From: Candidatus Iainarchaeum sp.
GTDB lineage: Archaea; Iainarchaeota; Iainarchaeia; Iainarchaeales; JAZDEL01
Assembly: GCA_043808785.1 (NCBI GenBank)
Contig: JAZDEL010000002.1
Span: 30,001 to 62,000 of the forward strand
Direction: 5' to 3'
DNA: 32,000 bases
Shown: positions 7,409 to 14,991 of the stretch, piece by piece
Layout: each line of letters starts with the position of its first letter
Position numbering within the stretch: the first letter of the stretch is position 1
Made by a program: the position numbers and the translations under genes
The notes under the pieces: generated by a model
Databases searched by the model: none
The model's input: only the letters and a program-made list of their open reading frames with translations
What the model was told of the DNA's origin: nothing

Positions 7409-7621
7409 TTAAGGCCCCTTAAACCCGCAATCCCCGCAGGCATATTCCTTGCTTGTCTGCCTGCAGTGCCCGCACCTTATTATTTTCTTCTTCATGCAGC
7501 CGGGGCACTTGAACTCGACGTATTTGTCCGTTACTTCCTTATTGCATGTGCTGCAAACCTTCAAAAGCCCACCTTCCTTCGGCGTGTTGAACAAATAAAT
7601 ATCCTTCAATGGTTCACGCAT
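7409..7621 (-). CDS. Zn-ribbon protein of the COG2888/DUF1610 type (translation-associated, usually linked to aEF-1beta)
   Basis: Four CxxC pairs (CSTC, CPGC, CGHC, CGDC) and a CGFKGP C-terminus. It sits next to ef1b. Confidence 0.8.
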   Translation of the reverse strand: MREPLKDIYLFNTPKEGGLLKVCSTCNKEVTDKYVEFKCPGCMKKKIIRCGHCRQTSKEYACGDCGFKGP

Positions 7622-7685
7622 TCAAGCCGCCGTTTAAGTGAATTATTAAATACTTCCGTGCGGATTGGTTTATAAGGGTTTACGC

Positions 7686-8771
7686 ATGCCTGCGCAGGGA
7701 AACAACACAATCGTGATTTTGGCGGCAATACTGCTGGCTGCGGCGCTTGCCCTTGTTGCTTTGCACCTCCTCCCCAAGCCCGTTATCTCGCCTGTTTCCG
7801 CCTGCACCTTCGACCAGGACAAGTGCATGGGCGCCGCGCCCGATTACTGCTATGCGGGCAAGATTGTAAAGAACTGCATTATGTGCGGCTGCCCTCAGGG
7901 GCAGGCGTGCAACTCCGACGGCACCTGCAGGAAGCTTCTGCTTGCGCAGGAACTTCCCGAAATAAAGGACATGAACCTGAAGAGGGTTATTGTAAGGCAG
8001 GACATCCCCGACCTCGAGGGCTTGGAGGAAAAGCTCGGCGTGCTTAACCCCGTGCTCCCGCCGAAAACCGAATCCCCTTACCAGGTTTATGTAACCCCTT
8101 TTGACCCCGCGGTTATGGAAATTGCGAAGCGCATCAACGGCTCAAAGGCGGCTTACTCGGAAGCGCTTACATGGCTGTGGGTTTCGGAGGAAACGCTCAA
8201 TGGCGAGAGCGAGAAGTGGCTAATGCCCCGCGAGTTCCTGCTCAATACCCCAACATACCCCGCAAACCCTGTTCCGGGCAGGGTTGCGAGCGACTGCGAG
8301 GAGCACGCCAACACCCTTGTCTCGCTGCTGCGCGCTGAGGGCATTTCGGCAGACCACGTTCGCGTTGCCCTCGGAAAGGTAAATTTCCAGGGCAGCATAG
8401 GCGGGCACGCGTGGGTTGAAATCTACGAGAACGGGCAGTGGTTCGCTTTGGAACCTTCAAGTGGCGATTATTGGGATGACGAAGGAGCGGCACTGCACAA
8501 AAGCAATGGCTTATCCTACGATTACTTCCGCACGCACTTTTACCCTTTCAGGGAAATATGGTTCTATTACAACGACACATATTTCTACGATTTGAAGAAA
8601 AGCAAGGGCAACACCCCCTCCTGGTGGACGCCCGATATTCCGAGGCTTGTTTCCACTTCGGGAATGCCGCCGATTGTGCGAAACGACGGCACTTCGGTAC
8701 CCGCATCCGGCGCGGGTTCGGGAATGCCCCCTGTGCAGGGAAGCGAAATGCCGCCCGTTGAAGCGGCATAG
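7686..8771 (+). CDS. Membrane-anchored transglutaminase-like cysteine protease-fold protein with an N-terminal Cys-rich module
   Basis: N-terminal TM helix (IVILAAILLAAALALVALHLL) and a Cys-rich segment (CTFDQDKC...CIMCGC...C). The transglutaminase core triad context is DCEEHANTLVSLLRAEGI, then GGHAWVEIY, then ALEPSSG. The track start at 7665 is also possible. Confidence 0.7.
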   Translation: MPAQGNNTIVILAAILLAAALALVALHLLPKPVISPVSACTFDQDKCMGAAPDYCYAGKIVKNCIMCGCPQGQACNSDGTCRKLLLAQELPEIKDMNLKRVIVRQDIPDLEGLEEKLGVLNPVLPPKTESPYQVYVTPFDPAVMEIAKRINGSKAAYSEALTWLWVSEETLNGESEKWLMPREFLLNTPTYPANPVPGRVASDCEEHANTLVSLLRAEGISADHVRVALGKVNFQGSIGGHAWVEIYENGQWFALEPSSGDYWDDEGAALHKSNGLSYDYFRTHFYPFREIWFYYNDTYFYDLKKSKGNTPSWWTPDIPRLVSTSGMPPIVRNDGTSVPASGAGSGMPPVQGSEMPPVEAA

Positions 8772-8816
8772 CCCCGCGGGCAATCCGCAAATTGCCGCGC
8801 AGGCGCCAAACCAAAC

Positions 8817-8825
8817 TAATTTATT
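8817..8825 (+). promoter_or_regulatory. TATA-like box for the tRNA gene
   Basis: TAATTTATT lies 26-34 nt upstream of the tRNA 5' end at 8851. Confidence 0.4.
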
Positions 8826-8850
8826 CCCCCGCGGGCATATTATCATCACA

Positions 8851-8952
8851 GGGCCCATAGGCTAACGGATAGACCTCCCGGCTTCGGTTTCGGTTCAAGC
8901 CGTGAACGGAAGGAGGAACCGGGAAATGGGGGTTCGATTCCCTCTGGGCCCG
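8851..8952 (+). tRNA. tRNA-Arg (anticodon UCG) with a 30-nt intron at the canonical 37/38 position; no encoded CCA
   Basis: Acceptor stem GGGCCCA pairs with TGGGCCC, followed by discriminator G. The T arm is GGGGG-TTCGATT-CCCTC. The anticodon stem CCCGG pairs with CCGGG, and the loop is CTTCGG|A. The intron (8888-8917) folds into a BHB: 5' bulge GG|U, central helix CUUC/GGAG, 3' bulge GA|A. Confidence 0.75.
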
Positions 8953-8970
8953 TTTCAGCCTTTTCGGAGT

Positions 8971-9053
8971 GCGGGGTTGTGCGCAACCCCGCTTCCAAAA
9001 GCCTGGGGAAAACTTTAGCCCGCAAAAAGAAGGATTTTCGCTTCGCGAAAATC
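8971..9053. other. Two perfect 9-bp hairpins in the convergent spacer between the tRNA and cca
   Basis: GCGGGGTTG-TGCG-CAACCCCGC at 8971-8992, and GATTTTCGC-TTC-GCGAAAATC at 9033-9053. Confidence 0.5.
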
Positions 9054-9069
9054 ACGCTGTGCAACTCGC

Positions 9070-10461
9070 TCAAAATTCGAAATCTTCCTTCCCCTTCAAA
9101 TATTCGGTAAAATATTCCGCGAACCCCCTGTTCTTTTTGTAGAGCGCAAGCAGTTCCCTTTCCCCCAGCACCTTCGCGCCCTTGTTCAATGCGCGCTTCA
9201 TCTGCTCCCTCTCGACGCGCTTTTCCTTTTTCAGCACATCGCGCAGGAGTGCGTGCATATCGGGATGTTTCCTCCCGACTTCGATTACCCACCTACCCTC
9301 CTCAATCCTCGGCCCCGCGATTAATTTCGGGTGCGCGCGCAGGAACGCCTCCCCGTGCTTCGCATCCGTTACCTCGGGGCCGATGCGCTTCATTGTTTTC
9401 TGGAGGGTTAGGGCTTCCACTTCAAACAGCGCAACCATCGCATTCTTCTCGTCAGTCCACTCCGATGCGCGGTTAACGACAAACCCCTCCGCGCGCAGGG
9501 TGTTCGCAACCTTTTTCGCAAACCTCCTCAATTGCCCCCACATTATGTCGGCAACAACGCCTTTGGGGTAAGGAACCAAAACAGCGGCGAGTTCCTTTTT
9601 TTGCAGCATTTTTTTTACGGTTGCAGAGGGCCAAGGCTTAACCTTCGGAGGGAAAAAGAACGCTTCGGACGGCTTCTTCAAAAACGCGCGCGCAGCAGCA
9701 ACAAACCTTGCATACTGCGTAGGGGAAAGCGCTGCTGCGACATTCCTGTTTTTGTCCGTGGGGTCGACAACAACCAGATGCGAGCCGAACTTATCCAGCG
9801 CAGCCTTTTCAGCGCCTTTGTAATGCCCCTCCAAATCGACAACCTCGCCGCTGCGCCAGTTTGCAGCGGCGTTTATTGTTTCCGCGAAACTGCCGTATTT
9901 CACAATGAGCAGTTCAGCAACGTAACCAGGAAACGAGGAGCATTTAGTGTCGGCACCGTAACACCCTACCCCCTTCAAAAACTGCCTCAGCAATCTCACT
10001 TCCCCTTTTTGCTTATCCCCCAGTTTGCGCAAAAGATATTCCGTGTGCAGCGGGCTCCTGTCCACGGCACTTTTCATCTCGCCCGCGTGCCCCACCTTGT
10101 AACTCGGCACAATCTCTACCTCAAACCCCCCAATAACCCCGCGTATGTAGGGGTGCTGCGTATAAGCCTTCTCCCACTCGTGCCCGCGGAAAATTTTCTT
10201 CCCTATCGCGAGCCCCTCCCTCTCGAATTCTTCGCGCGGCACATCCGCGGGAAAGAGCACGAAAATATCGATATCCCTGTCCCCCTTCAAATGCGTGCCG
10301 CGCGCAATGCTTCCCGCAAGCACGACATCGACATGCTTACCCGAAATCGCCTTTATCCTCGCCTTCAATTCCCCGAAAAGCCGCATCTCCTCCGCAATCT
10401 CCGCCTTTGAAGGGGTTACTTTGCCCAGAACCCGCGCAAGCAACGCGCTTGTTTTTTTCAT
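9070..10461 (-). CDS. cca: CCA-adding tRNA nucleotidyltransferase, archaeal class I
   Basis: GSIARGTHLKGDRDIDIFVLFP is the catalytic motif of archaeal CCA enzymes, and the length is about 460 aa. The ATG at 10461 (MKKTSALL) or at 10503 could be the start. Confidence 0.9.
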   Translation of the reverse strand: MKKTSALLARVLGKVTPSKAEIAEEMRLFGELKARIKAISGKHVDVVLAGSIARGTHLKGDRDIDIFVLFPADVPREEFEREGLAIGKKIFRGHEWEKAYTQHPYIRGVIGGFEVEIVPSYKVGHAGEMKSAVDRSPLHTEYLLRKLGDKQKGEVRLLRQFLKGVGCYGADTKCSSFPGYVAELLIVKYGSFAETINAAANWRSGEVVDLEGHYKGAEKAALDKFGSHLVVVDPTDKNRNVAAALSPTQYARFVAAARAFLKKPSEAFFFPPKVKPWPSATVKKMLQKKELAAVLVPYPKGVVADIMWGQLRRFAKKVANTLRAEGFVVNRASEWTDEKNAMVALFEVEALTLQKTMKRIGPEVTDAKHGEAFLRAHPKLIAGPRIEEGRWVIEVGRKHPDMHALLRDVLKKEKRVEREQMKRALNKGAKVLGERELLALYKKNRGFAEYFTEYLKGKEDFEF

Positions 10462-10593
10462 GCCGCCCTGAGCCTTTGCAGGCAACCCGCCGTTTTTTTG
10501 CATGCCAACCTACCTGAACCCTTTTACCTTTAATCTTATATACATCTTTACTATAAATACTTAATTCGCAAACAGCCTTTGCGGGGTTTTGGC

Positions 10594-12192
10594 ATGATTG
10601 AGGGCGTAAAGGAGGTCAGGGGAGGGGTGGCGGACAAGTACGATGCGGTAACCATCTATGAAGGCTTCCCCGGCTATTTCTACGATGTTTCCGAGCCGCA
10701 TTTCACCGAGGCGGAGGCAAAGGCATACGAACTCCTGCGCGAACTTATAATGGGCAAAACCACGGTTGCGGAACTGCGCTCGCGCGCGGGGAAAATCCTG
10801 CCCGCACAGTTCATTGACGCATTCAACGACAAAATAGTGAAACTTGTAACGATTTCGGATTCGCTTGAAAGATTGCTCCCGCCTGCGGAGTTCGAATCCC
10901 TGAAAATCGAACTCACGGCGCTCTTCAAAAAGTTCATGCCCTCCTCAAAAAACCACGCAGCGCTTGTCGCGAAAATCCTCGACGACACGGTTGGATACGG
11001 GCCGCTTGCGCCGCTTGTCCGCGACCCCGAACTTGAGGAAATAATGCTTAACGGCTACAAGCGCCCGGTGTTCGTTTACCACAAGCGCTACGGCACCTGC
11101 AAGACAAACGTAACCATCGCCGACAACCACATGCTCGATTTGCTCGTGCGCAGGATTGCCTCCACAGTGGGGAGAAAAATAGACGCGGAGCGCCCGCTCC
11201 TCGACGCGCGCCTTCTCGGCGGCAGCAGGGCGAACGCAACAGACCCCCTTGTCACGCCCTTCGGCCCGACGCTCACAATAAGGAAATTCACGCGCGTGCC
11301 CCTTTCCGTTGTCGACATGGTCGAGAACAACACCCTCACAAGCGAGGTTGCGGCATTCCTCTGGACAATGGTCGAGGGCATGAACATCGAGCCCATGAAC
11401 ATCATTGTAAGCGGCGGTGCGGGGAGCGGAAAGACAACGACCCTTGACGTGCTTGCAACATTCGTCCCCTACAAGGACCGCATAATAACCATAGAGGACA
11501 CCCTTGAACTTGATTTGGGCAGCAGGGAGAACTGGATCCAGATGGAATCGAGGCCGAAAACAACCGATGCCGCGGGCGTGACAATGGACGATTTGCTTAA
11601 AAATTCCCTGAGGATGCGCCCCGACAGGGTCGTGCTCGGGGAAGTGCGCGGGCCGGAAGCGCAGACACTGTTCGTTGCAATGGACATAGGCCACAGGGGA
11701 TGCATGGGCACCTTGCACTCGAACACCGCAAAGGAAATGCTCATACGCCTGACAACCGAGCCCATGGCTGTTCCCGAATCCATGCTCCCCCTGCTCGACA
11801 TCATACTTATGCAGTCGCGCATGTACATCCGCGGCAAGGGCATACTCCGCAGGGTTACGCAGGTTGCGGAGGTCACATCCATGGAGCGCAAGCCCCTGCT
11901 CGCGAACATTTACGATTACGACCGCACGGAAGACAAAATAAAGCGCACAAACATACCCAGCCACATTCTCGAGCGCCTCGCCGACGCCACGGTAAAAACG
12001 AAAAAAGAGGTAATGCGCGAAATCAGCGTGAGGAAAAAAATAATCGAGTGGATGATTAAGAACAGCATCCGCTCCAACCCCGATGTCGAGACAATAATCC
12101 AGCACTATTACCACAACCCCGAGACAATCCTCGAGATGGTTGCGAAGGATATGGGCAAGGGTTACGATGAACTGGAGAGGGGCGGAAAATAG
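10594..12192 (+). CDS. Type II/IV secretion-family ATPase (archaeal PilB/ArlI(FlaI)-like pilus or archaellum assembly ATPase)
   Basis: Walker A SGGAGSGKTT, IITIEDTLEL, Walker B/Asp-box region RPDRVVLGEVRGPEA, His-box GCMGTLHSN. I prefer the ATG at 10594 over the TTG at 10579. TATA-like ACTATAAATAC lies upstream. Confidence 0.85.
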   Translation: MIEGVKEVRGGVADKYDAVTIYEGFPGYFYDVSEPHFTEAEAKAYELLRELIMGKTTVAELRSRAGKILPAQFIDAFNDKIVKLVTISDSLERLLPPAEFESLKIELTALFKKFMPSSKNHAALVAKILDDTVGYGPLAPLVRDPELEEIMLNGYKRPVFVYHKRYGTCKTNVTIADNHMLDLLVRRIASTVGRKIDAERPLLDARLLGGSRANATDPLVTPFGPTLTIRKFTRVPLSVVDMVENNTLTSEVAAFLWTMVEGMNIEPMNIIVSGGAGSGKTTTLDVLATFVPYKDRIITIEDTLELDLGSRENWIQMESRPKTTDAAGVTMDDLLKNSLRMRPDRVVLGEVRGPEAQTLFVAMDIGHRGCMGTLHSNTAKEMLIRLTTEPMAVPESMLPLLDIILMQSRMYIRGKGILRRVTQVAEVTSMERKPLLANIYDYDRTEDKIKRTNIPSHILERLADATVKTKKEVMREISVRKKIIEWMIKNSIRSNPDVETIIQHYYHNPETILEMVAKDMGKGYDELERGGK

Positions 12193-12225
12193 CGCCCGCG
12201 GTTCTGGGCAATCCGCAGGCACGCC

Positions 12226-12771
12226 TCAGAGCGGGGCGGAAAATAACAGTTTGTACTCGGGCCCCTGCGGTTTGAGTATGGATTCCATCAGGTCGGCGCT
12301 TTTCACCTCAAACCGCGCGCAGTAGTTTTCCTTTTCAAGCGCCGAAGCAATTTTCCCGAACTCCGCAGCGGAAAGGCTTTTGTTCCTCGCAAGCGTAACG
12401 TGCGGGTGGAAGCGCGCATCCTTTATTCCAAGAGCCAAGCCGAGTTTTTCCGCCACGCTGCAAATCTCAATATCCCCTTCTTTTGCCCCCAGCCACAAAA
12501 CCCTGCCTCCGAATTCGCCTGCCCCCGAAAGCGAAACCGCGAACCCCCTTGTTTTTGTTTGCGCATTTGCCCCATTCAGCGCGAGCATCTTTTCCCGAAT
12601 GCGCGGGATTTCCTCGTCGGGAACATAGCCGATGAACTGCAGCGTTATATGCAGGTTTTCCTCCGCCACAACCTTGCACCCTTCCTTCGGAATTTTTGAG
12701 GATAGTTTTTCGTAAATTTCCTTTTTGATTTCTTCGGGAATGTTAATCGCAACAAAAATTCTCCTGCTCAC
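12226..12771 (-). CDS. thpR: 2H phosphoesterase: RNA 2',3'-cyclic phosphodiesterase / 2'-5' RNA ligase (LigT/ThpR)
   Basis: Two HxTx motifs (HITLQF and HPHVTLAR). The GTG start at 12771 overlaps the upstream TGA stop (GTGA), implying translational coupling. Confidence 0.85.
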   Translation of the reverse strand: MSRRIFVAINIPEEIKKEIYEKLSSKIPKEGCKVVAEENLHITLQFIGYVPDEEIPRIREKMLALNGANAQTKTRGFAVSLSGAGEFGGRVLWLGAKEGDIEICSVAEKLGLALGIKDARFHPHVTLARNKSLSAAEFGKIASALEKENYCARFEVKSADLMESILKPQGPEYKLLFSAPL

Positions 12772-13370
12772 GCAAGTTCCTCCCTGCACGCCTTTTCGAA
12801 CCGCTTAAGCCTTTCGTAATTGCGCGCGAGTTTCCTGTTTGCCTCGCGCACGAGGTAATCAACATAGCCGCGCCCGACAAGTATTTTCTTCCCCTTCTTG
12901 AGGGGCAGGCTCATCCCGTCCGTGCCCTGAAGTTCGGTTATGAACTTTCCCGGCTTTGAAACAATAATCCCCCCGCGCTTCACCCCCGCCTTTTTCATCG
13001 CCCCCAGGATTTTCCCACTGTGCTCCAGATTCGCGCAGCCGAGGTGCACTATGAACGGCTCCTGCCTGAGCCACACCTCGCCCTTTGTTTTCTCCCGCAG
13101 TGCCCCCCACACCTCGGCGCTTTTCGCGGCCCTGTGCCAGCGCCTGTGGAAATACGCCTCCAGCTTGTTCTCGCCCTTCGGCAGGCCGAGGAGCAGTATC
13201 CTGCCCGCGCACCCGCTCGAGGTAAAGAAATTTTCCGTGCCTGCAATGAATTTGCAGAGCGGGCGCATGCGTGCGTCGATAACCTTTTCATCAATCGCCT
13301 TTTGCAGGGTTGCGGCATGCCTCTCCTTTACCATCCTGAAACGCCCATCTCCCTTAGCCATGTGCGCCAT
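12768..13370 (-). CDS. taw3: tRNA wyosine-derivative methyltransferase Taw3 (TYW3 family)
   Basis: FFTSSGCAGRILLL corresponds to the TYW3 SSCSGRI core. The protein is 200 aa. Confidence 0.75.
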   Translation of the reverse strand: MAHMAKGDGRFRMVKERHAATLQKAIDEKVIDARMRPLCKFIAGTENFFTSSGCAGRILLLGLPKGENKLEAYFHRRWHRAAKSAEVWGALREKTKGEVWLRQEPFIVHLGCANLEHSGKILGAMKKAGVKRGGIIVSKPGKFITELQGTDGMSLPLKKGKKILVGRGYVDYLVREANRKLARNYERLKRFEKACREELA

Positions 13371-13380
13371 CTCCCAAAAA

Positions 13381-14082
13381 TCAAAATCCTATCCATTCCA
13401 CTTTCGGTTTCTTCCCTTCCTCAAGTTCAACCATCACGGCATTCCCGTCCTTCAACGCGCCAGTATTTATGCACAGCGTTTCCCCGAGCATCTCGCTGCC
13501 CTTTGCCTCGTGCACGTGGCCGCACACGAAGAGCAGGGGCGTGAATTTTTCAATCGCGCCCCTTATTGCCCTCATGCCGAGATCGTGCCCTGCCGCAGTC
13601 CTCGAAAGCGAGGTTCCGAAGGGAGGGGAGTGCGCAACAAGAACCGTCCGCTTTCCCTCGCAGCCCTCCAGCATTTTCGCAAGGTATTTCTCCGCCTCAA
13701 GTTCCCCGGTGTTCACGCGGTAATAGGTGTTCACGGGCTTCGCGCCCCCGAGCCCGGCAAAAACAAAACCCCCAACCTCCACAGTTTCTTTGTGCAGGTT
13801 AACTCCCCCTTCATTCAGCAAACCAATAACCTCCCTGCTGTCCATATTCCCCGGCACCGCAAGCACGCGCGCAAACGAAAGCGCGTCAAGTATCTCTGCG
13901 GCAACCTTTGCCGAACCCTCCTTTGTGAAATCCCCTGCAACAACAACCAAATCGACATTTCCCGCCTTAATGCCGACATTGCCTTTGCCAGCCGCGCGGT
14001 TATGGTTATGTAGAAGTTTATCCCTGAGCCTTTCCGCTGCGGCAATATCCGAATGCGCATCCGCAACAAACACAACCTTCAT
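13381..14082 (-). CDS. Calcineurin-like metallophosphoesterase
   Basis: Motifs appear in the expected order: VADAHSD, VVAGDFT, GNMD, AHSPP, GHVHE. Confidence 0.85.
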   Translation of the reverse strand: MKVVFVADAHSDIAAAERLRDKLLHNHNRAAGKGNVGIKAGNVDLVVVAGDFTKEGSAKVAAEILDALSFARVLAVPGNMDSREVIGLLNEGGVNLHKETVEVGGFVFAGLGGAKPVNTYYRVNTGELEAEKYLAKMLEGCEGKRTVLVAHSPPFGTSLSRTAAGHDLGMRAIRGAIEKFTPLLFVCGHVHEAKGSEMLGETLCINTGALKDGNAVMVELEEGKKPKVEWIGF

Positions 14083-14187
14083 CCCGCAATCCCGCCCCTA
14101 ATTTAAAATCCCGTCCCCCTCATGCCATAACCCCGCGCGAGCATGCCTTTTTAACTTTTATCGAGGAATACATTATCTGTGGGATTG

Positions 14188-14979
14188 ATGTTAAAAGGAT
14201 TTCTTGCGGGGACCTTCCTGCTTATGCTGCTTTGTGCCGTTTCCGCGGACATATACATGGTAAGCCCCGTGGATTCCGTGGTTGTGCGGGATGCAGTCCT
14301 TGAACTCGGCTCGGCCGAGCCGGGGCAAAACGTGGAAATCCTGCTTTCCTCCAAATCCGGCTACGAAACCCCGTGGAGCACCGCATCCATAACCGATGTT
14401 CCCGCGGGCTGGGATGCAAAGGGCTCTGTCGGAGGGGGGAAAACCCTCGGCGTGAACGTCGGAATACCCGAGACCGCGGCACAGAACGCCTATAACCTCA
14501 CAATCGAGCTCTCAAACCCCGAGGCAAAGCTTCCCGCAGAGCGCTTCAGCGCAAGGCTCTATGTGCAGAAAGGCCTGCTCAGGGCATCCGTTGTCCAGCA
14601 GCCGTCGCAGCTGCTTGTCGGCGAGCCGATTCCCTACCATATCACGATAAACAACGACTCCATAGCCAGGCACAGGGTCCTGCTGAATTCCACCCTTTCG
14701 GAGCAGTGGTTTCGGAGCGGGGAATACCTGCTCGAGCCCAAGCAGGCTGTCGAGAAGACCGTTTATGTGACGCCGCGCGTTTACGGCAGGGTTTCGTATT
14801 CCATTGCTCTCACGTCCCTTGTCAACGGCAGCGGCATAGCGAAGACGGACTCTAAGCTCGACATCATGCCGACCCTGAAAAGCAAATATTCCGCGGCACT
14901 GTACGGCTTCCCGTTCTTCACCGCAACGCTCCTCCCTTACTATGCAGTCAACTCCGCAATAAGCTACTTCTTCCCTTAA
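14188..14979 (+). CDS. Secreted or cell-surface hypothetical protein (signal peptide plus C-terminal hydrophobic segment)
   Basis: N-terminal FLAGTFLLMLLCAVSADIY signal-like sequence, a beta-rich body with N-x-S/T sites, and a hydrophobic C-terminus. The GTG at 14179 is also possible. Confidence 0.55.
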   Translation: MLKGFLAGTFLLMLLCAVSADIYMVSPVDSVVVRDAVLELGSAEPGQNVEILLSSKSGYETPWSTASITDVPAGWDAKGSVGGGKTLGVNVGIPETAAQNAYNLTIELSNPEAKLPAERFSARLYVQKGLLRASVVQQPSQLLVGEPIPYHITINNDSIARHRVLLNSTLSEQWFRSGEYLLEPKQAVEKTVYVTPRVYGRVSYSIALTSLVNGSGIAKTDSKLDIMPTLKSKYSAALYGFPFFTATLLPYYAVNSAISYFFP

Positions 14980-14991
14980 GCGGGTTTTCCG

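Noticed and set aside
8846-9292. 148-aa minus-strand ORF, plus several 60-115 aa ORFs at 8511-8865
   Set aside because: They overlap the tRNA gene, the hairpin spacer and the 3' ends of cca or the transglutaminase-like gene. Their composition is Arg/Gly/Pro-rich, which is typical of off-frame GC-rich DNA.
9182-10410. Plus-strand ORFs antisense to cca (9182..9571, 9532..10410); similar ones antisense to pelota and abcE1 (19559..20242, 20278..21159, 21422..22174)
   Set aside because: Each lies entirely inside a minus-strand gene with unambiguous family motifs. Each has a biased, motif-free composition.
10945-12222. 425-aa minus-strand ORF covering most of the secretion ATPase gene
   Set aside because: It is antisense to a frame with complete Walker A/B, Asp-box and His-box motifs. 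The product is rich in His, Cys, Arg and Val with no recognisable domain. This is a typical long open antisense frame in GC-rich coding DNA.
12940-14013. 357-aa plus-strand ORF spanning taw3 and the metallophosphoesterase
   Set aside because: It crosses the boundary of two well-supported minus-strand genes and has a Pro/Arg/Ser/Phe-biased composition. It is an antisense artefact.
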